From positions 56,172,001 through 56,236,000 of the forward strand of contig OZ024744.1 in NCBI GenBank assembly GCA_964016885.1: 64,000 nt of DNA, read 5' to 3'. Within the stretch, counting starts at the first letter, position 1. Every line of letters begins with the position of its first letter. Shown piece after piece: positions 25,059-37,989 of the stretch. The notes below the pieces were generated by a model, which saw nothing but the letters and a program-made list of their open reading frames with translations, was not told the origin of the DNA and did no database searches. A program made the position numbers and the translations under genes. The stretch is from Eledone cirrhosa. Taxonomy: Eukaryota.

Positions 25059-26552
25059 TTATCTCTCTGATTGTAACCAGAGAACTGCATACGGTGGATG
25101 AAGTGTTGTATGTGTCTCTCTAGCTCTTCGGGGTTGCACATGCGGGACACTTTTCTCATCACCCGTACCAAATCCACAATCAGTATGTTGATTTTGGTAT
25201 GGTCCGAAACAGCTGAGTTTCGGTGGATCAGATATTTGGAAGTCATGGGTTTGGCATAATGGGAATGGAGGATTTTTTTTTTTGTTATTAATGGTATCTA
25301 ACCAGAGCTCTGTGTCTAGTACAGGTAATCGATGGTTGAGGTGTTTACTTGGGTAGTCTATAGTAACTCTAATACTCTGGTGGATGGAGTTAGCTATTTG
25401 CTGGATGCTTTCCATTGTGTTTTTCTCTACTTCCTGACTGTTCTCTAGTGGGGGTGTTTTAACTATGATGTTTATATCATCAACATAGCGGGAGTACATT
25501 ATCAGGGTTAAGGGGTCTTCTAATTGTTCTTTAAGTTTAAGTTTAAGTCTATTGTCCCACCATACCATGAATAAGTTAGCTATGTCGCCTGCAATGCTAA
25601 CACCAATGGCTGCTCCTTCCTCTTGGGCATATGTTTTTCCATTAAATTTGAACATATGTTCCTTAAGGGTTAATTTTATGCTGGCCCCCACCGCATGTGC
25701 AATCATTTTCTTTAGTTCATCGTGGTTTTCGGGTGTCCATATGGCTCTGGTCCACCCGTTCCATCTATCTGTGTGGGTTTTCTTGGCCATTGAGGTAATG
25801 GTAGGTGGTCTGCCTCTTGCTGGTCTTGTAGGGCACAGGTTGCTAAGGTCATATGTGTCTAGGTAATTATTACTATAGGTAAGTTTAAGTAGGAGTCCCA
25901 ACTCACTGGTATCAATCCCACGGAACTCAACATTGCTCTCACTGATCATTTCTACGCATTTCTCCACAGCAAAATCCACGTCAATAGATGGATACAGGGA
26001 CACAACATCCATACTAACTATTATGCAGTTTGTTAGGTCTCTAGATCGGTTACTCTCGCCGATTCTGCTGAGGAGGTCCTCCGTGCTGTCACATACATCT
26101 GGGGACATCTCAATGATGGGGCGTATGATCAGGGAGAGGAAATAGGACAGTCTGTAGTTACTAGCAATGTTAGCTCCACAGACTGGCCATGTTGGTGGTC
26201 CCGTGGCAGGGTCACTGCCCGTTTTATGGTCTTTTCGAAGCCCATACAACGCCGGCACATCATTGTTCCAGGCCTGGAAGTTGTTGGCAGTCCTTTTGTT
26301 GGGCTGCATTATATTCGTCCACATCACCATATGGGCATTGAGGGCTTTTTCTCTATCCTCATGCTCCTGTGGTGTTACTTCTCTTGTGTTAGTGATGTGG
26401 GGTTGCATTGCCTGGATGTAGTTTGGCAGGCTGTCAACCGACATTCTGCCAGACTTGTCTGTTGGAAAGCATGCTATCTCTCCATTACGCGAGCGCTGTA
26501 TGAGCTTACACAAGCCATTTGCAGATTTTTCTCCCTGTTGCTGGGTCTCCAT
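25059..26552 (-). pseudogene. PLE reverse transcriptase (largest ORF piece, 497 aa)
   Basis: DKSG, LYGLRKDHK, MDVVSLYPSI, QEEGAAIG and YVDD motifs. Confidence 0.9.
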
Positions 26553-27368
26553 TTCTAAGTTCGGATCTAGCTATACTAAATTGTGCTTCTGTTTGTTCAT
26601 CGACCTGCGACGGCAATTGCATGCGTTTGTTAAATGGTAAAGTCGTGGCGTTGACTCGTCGCAGGTCGAACGACTTATCGGTGGGATTATAAAAAGTAGA
26701 GTTCCAGGCTGCTGCTTTATGTGTACTAGTGCTATTGTTATTGTTAGTTGTGTTGTTTCTATTTCTATTTCCACCAACAGCCTCATGGTTGTTTCTATGT
26801 CTCTCATTATTACTCCTGTCTCTTTCCACTGGCTCATTGTTATTATCTACTCTATTTTCTGTGTCTGTGTGTTCGTCTTGGTTATTTTCTCGGTCCATAG
26901 TCTCCCTTCTCCTTTCAATCCTATTACCTTCCTTTATTTCTGTGCTACTGTCATTACCTGTTTTCTGTGTCTGTGTGTTTGTTAAGATTGTGGTGGTGGT
27001 GAGAGGCATTGAATGTGTGTGTGTTGTTGTTGTTGTTGTTGATTATGTGCTGTTGTTGATGTGTGTTGTTGTTGTTGTCTCCGCGTGTGTTATTATTGTT
27101 GTGTGTTGTTGTCTCCGCGTGTGTTATTATTGTTGTGTGTTGTTGTTGTTGTTGTTGTTTGTGTCTGCGTGTCTGTTGTTGTTGTTTCTGAGTATGTTAT
27201 TATTGTTGATGTGTGTGTTGTTGTTATTGTTGTTTGTGTCTGTGTGTCTGTTGTTGTTGGGATGTGTGTTGTATATGTGTGTGCATATGTTGTTACTTTT
27301 GTTTTTGTTTTTGTTTTTGAGGCTCCAACGTAATTTTGTAAATGGTTTTTCTATTTCTGACAAGCAAC

Positions 27369-27952
27369 TGTAGTGACCTACATTCCGCGGGCTCACATAC
27401 ATTCTCTGTGCGTGATTTGGTTCAGTTCAGCCAATCAGCGCCAGTAGAAGAGGATGTATCCCTACGCGCCCTGAGGAAGAAATTCACCGCGAAAATTTGA
27501 AGAATCTCTCTCTTGTACCAGAAACTTCGAACCAGTAACACGCATAATGTAACGGTGAGATATTGCACCCTCGCCTCGCCGGCTTTTCGGCGCAATGGCA
27601 CATTCCCTTTTGTAACCTCTTTTTATCTGTAACTTCAACCATATAAGTTAACAAACATTGTTTGTGCTACATCAAAAATAAACATACATTTCATCTCTAA
27701 TTTCTGCTGTTGAAATCATTATTATGTTACTCGTGTCTCAATAACATCTATAATCCATGCTGCTGGAATTGGCGACCTGACGAAAGGAATATTGTAAATA
27801 CTAAGATGGTAAATAGATCAAGGGACCTTCCCTCACGTCTATGTCGACAAGACAATCCAACGAGGATACCATCATTTTACCACACTGTCAACTAACGACC
27901 TTCAATCATCTACCCTATTAAAGTGGTGAACACGACTATTCATCCAGCTAAA
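27369..27952 (+). mobile_element. Solo LTR inserted in the PLE ORF
   Basis: TGTAG...CTAAA termini (one change from CTACA); 4-bp TSD CAAC at 27365-27368 and 27953-27956; CCAAT at ~27431 and AATAAA at ~27677; removal rejoins NIISCLSEIEKPFTKLRW. Confidence 0.75.
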
Positions 27953-28403
27953 CAACTAATTATATTTACCTTCTTGAATGTCGCATATTTAGGTGGAAGT
28001 TGTAATACAGATAATTCATCAGGGTCTACTGCAGTGTTGCCGTATATATTTGTGTTGTTCTTGTTGAACTCATCTGTTAATGAGATGTCGGCCATATTTA
28101 TACCGTTAATTTTGTCGGGATATCTATTGGTATTCTCTACAGTATCCTGATTTAGTTTTATCTGCTTAAGCCACTTTAGTTTCTTGTAAAGTGCTTATCA
28201 CATTCTTGAGCAATGTACTATTCTTCAGGACGTATAAGGCTTATAAATATTAGTTTTTCTCTTGGTGTGGTGATCTTAGTTATAGATATCTTAGTTATAG
28301 ATATCTCGACAAAATTGACGGTATAAATATGGCCGTATATATAAATGAAAGGTATAGAAAACATTGTAGCAAAAAGCCAACAGTATTCCATAATATATGT
28401 ATG

Positions 28404-28439
<36 letters not shown>

Positions 28440-28485
28440 CGTATATGAATGTATATGTATATATATGTATGTATGTGTATGTATG

Positions 28486-28525
<40 letters not shown>

Positions 28526-28631
28526 TATGTATGTATATATATATATATATATATGTATGTATATGTATATATATATGTATGTATATATATATATATGTAT
28601 GTATATATATATGTATGTATATATGTATGTA

Positions 28632-29249
28632 TGTCAGGTCACCAGTTGGTGATACTGGTAACATGTATCCCAGTACAACCTGTCCCATGGTCGGGTCGTT
28701 GGCGACTAAACTGGCAACCCCACCAAGGTTTCTTGGTGAGGAGGGTGACTTTGGACATCCTGCAGGACTAAAAACAAAACCTGTCAAAGGGCAAAGGAGC
28801 TCTTTAGAGTCAATGGCCATCCAAAATCACTGGGAGAGATGACCCCTTAGCCTTTGTCAAGGCAGAATTCTAGGAGAAGGAAAACTCTGATATAACACCT
28901 GCAACCCTGATGGTATCCAATGATGTTGACTTGTTCTTCTTTTTGGTAAATATTATCTTGGTTAAGAGAGTGGGACTGGCTTTGTGCAGTGCCTTTGCTC
29001 ACTATAAAAGCTTCACGGCACAGGCATTGCTTTATATCTGGAGATCTCTGATCTCTCTGCACTTGTCGTCACATGGTACCATGGGCCCAGCACTATGTGT
29101 CAATAATTGTCACAGGTGTAGTGTTTGTACCAGAGTTTTCAAGTCGCTGGCTGGACTAAAAAGTCACACTCGTTCAGCGCATTGGTAGGGGTTCTCCTAC
29201 ATGGATATAAAGTAGTGGCCGTACTCGAAAACGAGTTGGCAGCCACCAT
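28632..29249 (+). mobile_element. Second full copy of the ~610-bp non-autonomous retroposon
   Basis: Near-identical to 23073-23680, same termini, flanked by (TATG)n. Confidence 0.8.
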
Positions 29250-29337
29250 GTATATATATATATGTATATACGTATATGAATGTATATGTATATATATGTA
29301 TGTATGTGTATGTATATATATATATGTATGTATATAT

Positions 29338-29439
<102 letters not shown>

Positions 29440-29455
29440 ATGTATATATATATGT

Positions 29456-30514
29456 CATCATCATCATCATCATCACCGTTTTACGTCCGTTCTTCCACGC
29501 TAGCATGGGTTAGACGGGTTGTCCTGTTGTGGGCAGTGTCTGGTCGGCTGACCATGCCTTGCTCATACAGGAACTGATCTGGCTTGATTTCTACAGCTGG
29601 ATGCCCTTCCTAACACCAACCTCATTTACAGTGAGTGCTGGGTGCTTTTTCGTGGCGCCTACACGTCCACTTTACAGTGTGGGCTGGGTGCTTTTTTGCC
29701 GTGGCACCTGCACGACCACCTTGCGGTGGGGGGAGTGGGGGCATATTGTTTATATGCTTCAGCATGTACCCATGGGAGGTCGGGTACCCTGTATTACTGC
29801 GTGACGCCAGAAGTCACGGTCGTGTGTCATTGACTTTGAGAGGTGTAGTTGGGTAAGGTCGGCTTTTATCACCTCATCCCAAGTCATCTTGGGTCTCCCC
29901 ACTCCGCGGTTTCCATCAACTTCTAGTGCTCTGCACCTTTTTATGCAGCTGTCATCCTTCATACGCATCACATGTCCATGCCAGCGTAACCGCCTCTCCT
30001 GCACGCAGCATTTGATTCCTCTTATGCTCAGTCTCTCTCTCAATTCCTTTATGCCTTGTCGTTCACGTATATTACTGTTACACATCCATTGGAACATGCA
30101 GGCTTCGTTTCTCTCTAATCTACGTAAGTCTTCCACCTTCAGCGCCCAGGTCTCACTACCATGCAACATCGCTGTTCGGATACACGCATCATACAGTCTG
30201 CCTTTCATTCTGAGGGAGAAGCCTTTTGCAGCTAGCAGTGGTAGTAGTTCCCTAAACTTCTTCCATCCCGTTCTTACCCTAGTTATTGTACTTTCTGAGC
30301 ACCCACCTCCGTTGCTAATTCGGTCACCTAGGTAGCAGAAGCTGTCTACTGTTTCTACAGGGCCCTCCCAGAGATTGGTGGTACTTGTTTCCTGTGGCTG
30401 TTTGCTTGCTGTTTCAGCACAGCTGCTGCATGTGAATCCTACATTCTTAATTAAGCTTCCTGAGATCCCGCTACATCTCTTGTGTACCCATTGTTTGCAT
30501 TTGGGGCAGAGAAT
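29456..30514 (-). mobile_element. 5'-truncated young RTE LINE copy
   Basis: Near-identical to the 3' ~1 kb of 30595-34050; (GAT)n tail. Confidence 0.92.
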
Positions 30515-30594
30515 GTATGTATATATATATGTATGTATATATATATGTATGTATGTATATATATATATGTATATGTATGTATATATATATGTGT

Positions 30595-33500
30595 CATCAT
30601 CATCATCATCATCATCACCGTTTTACGTCCGTTCTTCCACGCTAGCATGGGTTAGACGGGTTGTCCTGTTGTGGGCAGTGTCTGGTCGGCTGACCATGCC
30701 TTGCTCATACAGGAACTGATCTGGCTTGATTTCTACAGCTGGATGCCCTTCCTAACACCAACCTCATTTACAGTGAGTGCTGGGTGCTTTTTCGTGGCGC
30801 CTACACGTCCACTTTACAGTGTGGGCTGGGTGCTTTTTTGCCGTGGCTCCTCCACGACCACCTTGCGGTGGGGGGGGGGCATATTGTTTATATGCTTCAG
30901 CATGTACCCATGGGAGGTCGGGTACCCTGTATTACTGCGTGACGCCAGAAGTCACGGTCGTGTGTCATTGACTTTGAGAGGTGTAGTTGGGTAAGGTCGG
31001 CTTTTATCACCTCATCCCAAGTCATCTTGGGTCTCCCCACTCCGCGGTTTCCATCAACTTCTAGTGCTCTGCACCTTTTTATGCAGCTGTCATCCTTCAT
31101 ACGCATCACATGTCCATACCAGCGTAACCGCCTCTCCTGCACGCAGCATTTGATTCCTCTTATGCTCAGTCTCTCTCTCAATTCCTTTATGCTTTGTCGT
31201 TCACGTATATTACTGTTACACATCCATCGGAGCATGCAGGCTTCGTTTCTCTCTAATCTACGTAAGTCTTCCACCTTCAGCGCCCAGGTCTCACTACCAT
31301 GCAACATCGCTGTTCGGATACATGCATCATACAGTCTGCCTTTCATTCTGAGGGAGAAGCCTTTTGCAGCTAGCAGTGGTAGTAGTTCCCTAAACTTCTT
31401 CCATCCCGTTCTTACCCTAGTTATTGTACTTTCTGAGCACCCACCTCCGTTGCTAATTCGGTCACCTAGGTAGCAGAAGCTGTCTACTGTTTCTACAGAG
31501 CCCTCACAGAGATTGGTGGTACTTGTTTCCTGTGGCTGTTTGCTGCTTGCTGTCCCAGCACAGCTGCTGCATGTGAAGCCTACATTCTTAATTAAGCTTC
31601 CTGAGATCCCGCTACATCTCTTGTGTACCCATTGTTTGCATTTGGGGCAGAGAATGGAGTTCCTACTTACACCTTTCCTACATACTGAGCAAGGCCATTT
31701 CCCTGAGGGGATCTGGGTTCTGTTTTCTCGTCTACTTACAAGGACCTTAGTCTTTGTCATGTTGACTTTGAAACCCTTTCTTTCTAGTCCCTGCTTCCAA
31801 GTTTGGAATTTCTTCTCTAGTTCTACCATAGATTCAGCTATAAGTGCGAGGCCATCAGCATACAGGAGTTCCCATGGGCTTCCGGTCTTAAACTCCTCCG
31901 TTATTGCCTGCAGGACTATGATGAACAGGAGAGGGCTAAGAACAGAGCCCTGGTGGACCCCAACCTGTACGCTAAATTCCTCGCTATACTCATTGCCAAT
32001 CCTAACTTTGCTGACTGCTCCCCTATACATGACTTGTACCGCTTTCACAAGCCATTCATCTACTCCTAGTTTTCTAAGAGCCCACCAGATTACTGCACGT
32101 GGAACTCTGTCAAAGGCTTTCTCAAGGTCGACAAATGCCAAGTAGAGTGGCTTACTTTTAGCTAGGTACTTTTCCTGTAATTGCCTCACAAGGAAGAGGG
32201 CATCAGTGGTGCCTTTCCCTGGTACAAACCCAAATTGCATCTCGTCTATATTCACCCGGTCCCTAATCAGCTGTGCTATAACTCTTTCTGTTACTTTCAT
32301 GACCTGGTCCATCAACTTTATACCTCTATAGTTTCCTCTATCTAGTGCATCGCCTTTACCTTTGTAGCAGTTGACAATGATGCTACTGCACCAATCTTTT
32401 GGTATGGCCCCCTCTAGTATTACCTGGTTAACGATACGTGTGGTTATAGTGTGACCTACAGACCCAGATGCCTTCAGCATCTCGGCAGCTATACCCGATG
32501 GACCGGTTGCCTTCCCTATCTTCATATCTCTGATTGCCTTACTTACTACGCTGCCGCTGACTTGTACTGCTGGTCCCTCTATAGGGTCTACGTGGGGTAG
32601 GGTCTCTTCTTCCCATGCATTCTCCTCATTTAGTAATCTATCATAATGACTCTTCCATGCATCTTTCTTCTCAGCACTTGTGAGGGCAAGCTCACCTTTA
32701 TCATTCCGGATACACTTCTCTCCAATGACATCACAACTATCTCTGACACACTGCCTCGCAATCTTGAATACCTCCTGTTTCTGGTCCTCACGTTGTAAAA
32801 CATGCTTGAATTTTCTATCCTCTGCTTCCCTCCTAGCTAAGTATACTTGTCGCCTAGCTTCCCTCTTGGTCTCTATGTAATGTACCCTGCTCCCCCCGTT
32901 CTTCCATTCTTTCCATGCCTGTCTCTTGGCCTTGACTGCTTCATCTACCTTATTGTTCCACCACCAAGTCACTCTCCTCCTGCTTGAGGTCTTACTCCAG
33001 CCACAAACCTCATCCGTCGCCTCTAGTAAGTTATTTTTTAGGAACTCCCAGTTCTCTTCTACGTTAAATGTCTCTATCTGTTCTTCTTTACTGTCGTAGG
33101 CGTTGAGTAAAATATCTTTAAATCTGTTACTGGTTGAGGGGACTTTCAGCTTCCAGATCTTTCTTCTCCAAGTTGGCCTCTGTTTCAGGGCTCGTCTAGT
33201 TCTGACCGTGAGGTCACTGACAACTAAGCTATGTTGGGATGTACATTCCTCACTAGGGAAGGCTTTTGTGTTTACGACCGTCCATCTGTCACGTCCTCTG
33301 ATGAGGATAAAATCTAACTGACTAGAGTGCTCCCCTGATCTATAGGTGATCAGGTGGTTGTCGGGTTTTTTAAAGTTTGTGTTACATATCGACATGTCAT
33401 TGGCGTCGCAGAATTCTAGAAGTCTGAATCCTTCCTCATTCCTTGTGCCAACTCCATGGCCTCCATGTACTCTATTGAAGCCGTCGCAGTGTTTACCTAC

Positions 33501-34049
33501 GTGTCCGTTAAAATCTCCTGCAATGATTAGGAAGTCCTTGTCGTCTGTTAGAGCAGTAGTGTGTATTAGGGACTCGTAAAACCTATCCTTAAGTTCGTCT
33601 GGCAGCCCCGATTGGGGTGCGTAAGCTGATATTATTGTGGTAATTGTCTTATTCAGGACTAGTCTGAGTTTAATGATTCTTGCATTTACCCTGTACACTG
33701 AGATTACTTTATCTACCCACTTGTCAGCTAATAGTATACCTACACCACCCATCCCATCGTCATTTCCCACCCAGAAAAATTTGTAGCACTGGCTTTTTCC
33801 TACAAGGACTCTAGCAGACCCTCCTCTCCATCTAGTCTCTTGCACACAGCATACATCAACTTCCTTTCGCTCTAGCATTTCTACGATTTCTCCTGCTCTT
33901 CCTTTCATTGAGCCTACATTGATGGAACTAACTTGGAGTTTTGGGCATTTGTCGACACTCGTAGGGGAGCGTCTCTGGGTTGGCGCTTCACGTGGGTGCT
34001 TGGTAGCTCGCAGATTCATATTTCATCTATTGATTCAGAGTTGCTCGTG

Positions 34050-34050
<1 letters not shown>
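30595..34050 (-). mobile_element. Near full-length young RTE LINE
   Basis: Single intact ORF plus ~300-bp 3' UTR ending in (GAT)n; flanked by (TA)/(TATG)n. Confidence 0.95.
30897..34019 (-). CDS. RTE ORF, 1040 aa: apurinic-type endonuclease, reverse transcriptase (YADG variant), PHD-like finger, C-terminal domain
   Basis: APE motifs INVGS, CVQET, YAPQ, GDFNGH and LDFIL; RT motifs [36 protein letters not shown] and FCYLG; C4HC3 finger; [15 protein letters not shown] and GRPKMTW. Confidence 0.95.
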   Translation of the reverse strand: MNLRATKHPREAPTQRRSPTSVDKCPKLQVSSINVGSMKGRAGEIVEMLERKEVDVCCVQETRWRGGSARVLVGKSQCYKFFWVGNDDGMGGVGILLADKWVDKVISVYRVNARIIKLRLVLNKTITTIISAYAPQSGLPDELKDRFYESLIHTTALTDDKDFLIIAGDFNGHVGKHCDGFNRVHGGHGVGTRNEEGFRLLEFCDANDMSICNTNFKKPDNHLITYRSGEHSSQLDFILIRGRDRWTVVNTKAFPSEECTSQHSLVVSDLTVRTRRALKQRPTWRRKIWKLKVPSTSNRFKDILLNAYDSKEEQIETFNVEENWEFLKNNLLEATDEVCGWSKTSSRRRVTWWWNNKVDEAVKAKRQAWKEWKNGGSRVHYIETKREARRQVYLARREAEDRKFKHVLQREDQKQEVFKIARQCVRDSCDVIGEKCIRNDKGELALTSAEKKDAWKSHYDRLLNEENAWEEETLPHVDPIEGPAVQVSGSVVSKAIRDMKIGKATGPSGIAAEMLKASGSVGHTITTRIVNQVILEGAIPKDWCSSIIVNCYKGKGDALDRGNYRGIKLMDQVMKVTERVIAQLIRDRVNIDEMQFGFVPGKGTTDALFLVRQLQEKYLAKSKPLYLAFVDLEKAFDRVPRAVIWWALRKLGVDEWLVKAVQVMYRGAVSKVRIGNEYSEEFSVQVGVHQGSVLSPLLFIIVLQAITEEFKTGSPWELLYADGLALIAESMVELEKKFQTWKQGLERKGFKVNMTKTKVLVSRRENRTQIPSGKWPCSVCRKGVSRNSILCPKCKQWVHKRCSGISGSLIKNVGFTCSSCAGTASSKQPQETSTTNLCEGSVETVDSFCYLGDRISNGGGCSESTITRVRTGWKKFRELLPLLAAKGFSLRMKGRLYDACIRTAMLHGSETWALKVEDLRRLERNEACMLRWMCNSNIRERQSIKELRERLSIRGIKCCVQERRLRWYGHVMRMKDDSCIKRCRALEVDGNRGVGRPKMTWDEVIKADLTQLHLSKSMTHDRDFWRHAVIQGTRPPMGTC

Positions 34051-34087
<37 letters not shown>

Positions 34088-34219
34088 TGTATGTGTATAT
34101 ATATATATGTATGTATATATATATATACACATACATATATATATATATACATACATATATATACACATATATATACATATATATATATACATACATATAC
34201 ATACATATATATATATACA

Positions 34220-34289
<70 letters not shown>

Positions 34290-34426
34290 CATACATACAT
34301 ATATATATATATATGTATATATATATGTATATGTATATATATGTATGTGTATATATATGTATGTATATATATATATATAAATATATATATATATATGTAT
34401 GTATGTACATATGTATGTATATATAT

Positions 34427-35154
34427 GCCTTTGTCAAGGCAAAATTCTAGGAGAAGGAAAACTCTGATAAAACAACTGCAACCCTGATGGTATCCAATGA
34501 TGTTGACTTGTTCTTCTTTTTGGTAAATATCATCTTGGTTAAGAGAGTGGAACTGGCTTTGTGCAGTGCCTTTGCTCACTATAAAAGCTTCACGGCACAG
34601 GCATTGCTTTATATCTGGAGATCTCTCTGCACTTGTCGTCACATGGTACCATGGGCCCAGCACTATGTCAATAATTGTCACAAGTGTAGTGTTTGTACCA
34701 GAGTTTTCAAGTCGCTGGCTGGACTAAAAAGTCACACTCGTTCAGCGCATCGGTAGGGTTCTCCTACATGGATATAAAGTAGTGGCCATACTCGAAAACG
34801 AGTTGGCAGCCACCATGTATATATATATGTATATATATATGTATGTATGTATATATATATATGTATGCATGTATGTATATATATATGTATGTATATATAT
34901 ATATATGTATGCATGTATAAAAGCTTTACGGCACAGGCATTGCTTTATATCTGAAGATCTCTCTGCACTTGTCGTCACATGGTACCATGGGCCCAGCACT
35001 GTGTGTCAATAATTGTCACAAGTGTAGTGTTTGTACGAGAGTTTTCAAGTCGCTGGCTGGACTAAAAAGTCACACTCGTTCAGCGCATCGGTAGGGGTTC
35101 TCCTACATGGATTTAAAGCAGTGGCCGTACTCGAAAACGAGTTGGCAGCCACCA
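34427..35154 (+). mobile_element. Two tandem 5'-truncated copies of the non-autonomous retroposon (34427-34816 and 34918-35154)
   Basis: Both share the 3' end GAGTTGGCAGCCACCA followed by (TATG)n, with different 5' truncation points. Confidence 0.8.
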
Positions 35155-35226
35155 TGTGTGTATGTATGTATGTGTGTATATATATGTATGTGTGTATGTA
35201 TGTATGATTGTATGTATGCATGTGTG

Positions 35227-35260
<34 letters not shown>

Positions 35261-35286
35261 TGTATGTATGTATGTATGTATGTATG

Positions 35287-36672
35287 TTCTTCTGGTTTTA
35301 TAATTTCACAAAGTTTTACCAATAGAGAGAGAGTCGGTTTCTAACATAGACACAAGACTCTCTCATTGGAATTTACACAACATCAACTAGGTAGATATGT
35401 ATGCATGCATGTGTAGATATGGATGTTATTGTATGTGTGGATGTGGATGTTTTGAGTTGTATGTGTGCATGTGTATATGCTTTGTATCTGTACATGTGTA
35501 TATGCAGTTATTAGATGCAAAATGTTTGGAATGTTTTATATATTTTTACTGTTCCATTAATGGATTGTACTTCTAGTTTCCTAACTAGTTGTGTTCTTTC
35601 TGTTCCTGTGAAGCCTAGCTTCTCAAGATTTGTATTGAGGCAGTTATTAACATATCCCAGTGCCCCAATAATCACAGGCATAAATCTGAAGGTGTAATCA
35701 GGGTTGAGTATCTGCAGATTTCTCATCAGTTCTGCATAAATATTCTCCTTTTCACTAATCTTTGATATTATATTGGCATCTGCTGGGCAGCTAATTTCCA
35801 CTACTGTGCATGTTTTCTTCTCCCTGTCCCAAATCATAATATCTGGTCTGTTATGCTTGCATTTGATTGGGGTTTTTACTAGAACATTCCACCAGTACTC
35901 TTTCATATTATGTACATGGATGTCTTCCACATTGTTGTAGCTTTTAATGTGTTTATTATCGGGGCTATCTTTTTTACGAACTGCATTGTACATTGTTTTG
36001 GCCACTATATCATACCTCATAGGTAGATAGTAGCACGATGACATCTTTGGACAGCTGCTGATGACATGGGTGATATCCTTGATGTTAGTTCTGCACAGTC
36101 TGCACTTGTTATCACATCTAGGTGTTTTGCCTGCATCCCTATCTCTTTTGTGAATCAGGTATTTTGTGCTAATCTCCTGTTCTTGGATTGCAAAAGTGTA
36201 TCCTTCAAAGTGGGAGCCAATATAGCGGTTGTTGGTCCAAGATAGACTACTTTCCTTATCTATATTACTCTCACTCTGGAGCTTCCTGGCAACATATCCA
36301 AGCATGATTTTTTGCTGATAGGCATGCAGTTTTTCATCCATGGATTCACTGCGATACTGCTGAGCGACATCCCTGGGTGTCAGTTTTTGATTATCACACA
36401 GGGAATATCTCTCAAGAAGTTCCTTCCCAACTCTCATGATCTTATCTGTTTCATGTAGATAGACTTGCTCGAGTAGCGGGCTCCTACGCTTCGAGGTTCG
36501 TAGATGTTGTTGGAGAGATATGATGCGACATTCAAATGTTGTCTGGACTGATGTTAGGCCTCTGTCTCCCTGCTTACGTTTCAAGTAAAGGCGGTCTATG
36601 TCACTGTAGATGTGGAAGTTTTCGGTGTTGTTCAGTATTTTTCAAGTTCCAACATCAACTGCTCGGATTTCA
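35287..36672 (-). mobile_element. R4/Dong-like LINE, 5'-truncated, with 3' UTR; 357-aa ORF remnant at 35511-36584
   Basis: GDRGL, CRLC..THVISSC, NRPDIMIWD..VEISCP and IGALG motifs; 3' end ATAAAACCAGAAGAA followed by (CATA)n. Confidence 0.9.
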
Positions 36673-36701
36673 TGTATGTATGCATGTATGTATCTATATA
36701 T

Positions 36702-37650
36702 GTTCTTCTGGTTTTATAATTGTGGTTAGAAAAAGCTATCTCACTTACCGGTTTTCATAGGCGCCGCTAAATTCCACTGCTGGTCTCTCCTCTTCCAAGT
36801 GCGTCCAACTGCTCAACACCGGGAGCTGCTAAAACTCGCGTCCACACCGTTGCTGGTCACCACTAGAGAGAAGCCATCTGCTGACACTTCCGGCCACCGC
36901 ACGCCACACCATACCCACAATAATTTCACAAATTTTTGCCAATAGGGAGAGAGTCGGTTTCTAACATAGACTCAAGACTCTCTTATTGGAATTTACACAA
37001 CATCAACTAGGTAGATATGTCTGAATGTCTGCATGCATGTGTAGATATGGATGTTATTGTATGTGTGGATGTGTATGTTTTGAGTTGTATGTGTGCATGT
37101 GTATATGCTTAGTATCTGTACATGTGTATATGAAGTTATTAGATGCAGAATTTTTGGAATGTTTTACATATTTTTACTGTTCCATTAATGGATTGTACTT
37201 GTAATTTCCTAACTAGTTGTGTTCTTTCTCTTCCTGTGAAGCCCAGCTTCTCAAGATTTGTATTGAGGCAGTTACTAACATACCCCAGTGCCCCAATAAA
37301 CACAGGTATAAATCTGAAGGTATAATCAGGGTGGAGTATCTACAGATTTCTCATCAGTTCTGTATAAATATTCTCCTTTTCGCTAATCTTTGATATTATA
37401 TTGGCATCTGCTGGGCAGCTAACTTCCACTACTGTGCATGTCTGGACTGATGTTAGGCCTCTGCCTCCCTGCTTACATTTCAAGTAAAGGCGGTTTATGT
37501 CACTGTTGATGTGGAAGTTTCCGGTGTTGTTTAGTATTTTTCGAGGTCTAACATCAATCGCTCGGATTTCATCTATTGTCCAATTGAGTATGTCCAAAAG
37601 TTGGTGTTAGGACAGGCACAGCAAACACATTGTGGGCCACTGTTTTGTTT
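36702..37650 (-). mobile_element. Internally deleted R4/Dong-like copy with a solo LTR in its 3' end
   Basis: RLYLK..GGRGLTSVQT is fused directly to CTVVEVSCP; same 3' UTR as the 35287 copy. Confidence 0.85.
36721..36919. mobile_element. 199-bp solo LTR-like insertion
   Basis: TGTGG...CCACA inverted termini; 5-bp TSD ATAAT at 36716-36720 and 36920-36924; absent from the sister copy at ~35300. Confidence 0.8.
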
Positions 37651-37989
37651 TACGCAGAGAGTATAACCATTGCACGATATACCATTATTAATAATTATTA
37701 ATTAATTCTATCGTGCAATGCTTTTGCGTGAAGATATTTTTTAAAGTGAGGAAAGACTGTGCACTGAGCCAATCCCACTTTCTTAGCAACAGTAGCTATA
37801 ACCCGAAAAGAAGAAAAGATCAACATCATTGGTGACTACTGAGACGCAGGTTTTATATCGGAGTTATCCGAGTTTCCTGAGTTGCCTTCTCCTAGAAGAA
37901 TGGTTTAACCGCGCGATCGGGTGTCCATCCCGATTATTTCTGTCCACGCGCATATACATACACATGCACCCATGTATATACACATAAAA

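Larger units (their letters stand above)
23968..28390 (-). mobile_element. Penelope-like retroelement, near full length, frameshifted and interrupted by a solo LTR
   Basis: N-terminal IYGN..DELSVLQLPPKYA / EIEKPFTKLRW; TDKSG motif; RT motifs SMDVVSLYPSI, YAQEEGAAIG, RYVDDI and LDTEL; GIY-YIG NVVYSIRC..VYIGETAR; hammerhead ribozyme downstream. Confidence 0.92.

Noticed and set aside
31513-32145. 210-aa antisense ORF, also present at 57738-58370
   Set aside because: Shadow of the RTE coding strand; conservation is explained by the young age of the copies
33919-34487. Long Tyr/Ile-rich ORFs (also at 22-717, 23557-24054 and 28218-28842)
   Set aside because: Translations of (TA)n/(TATG)n microsatellites
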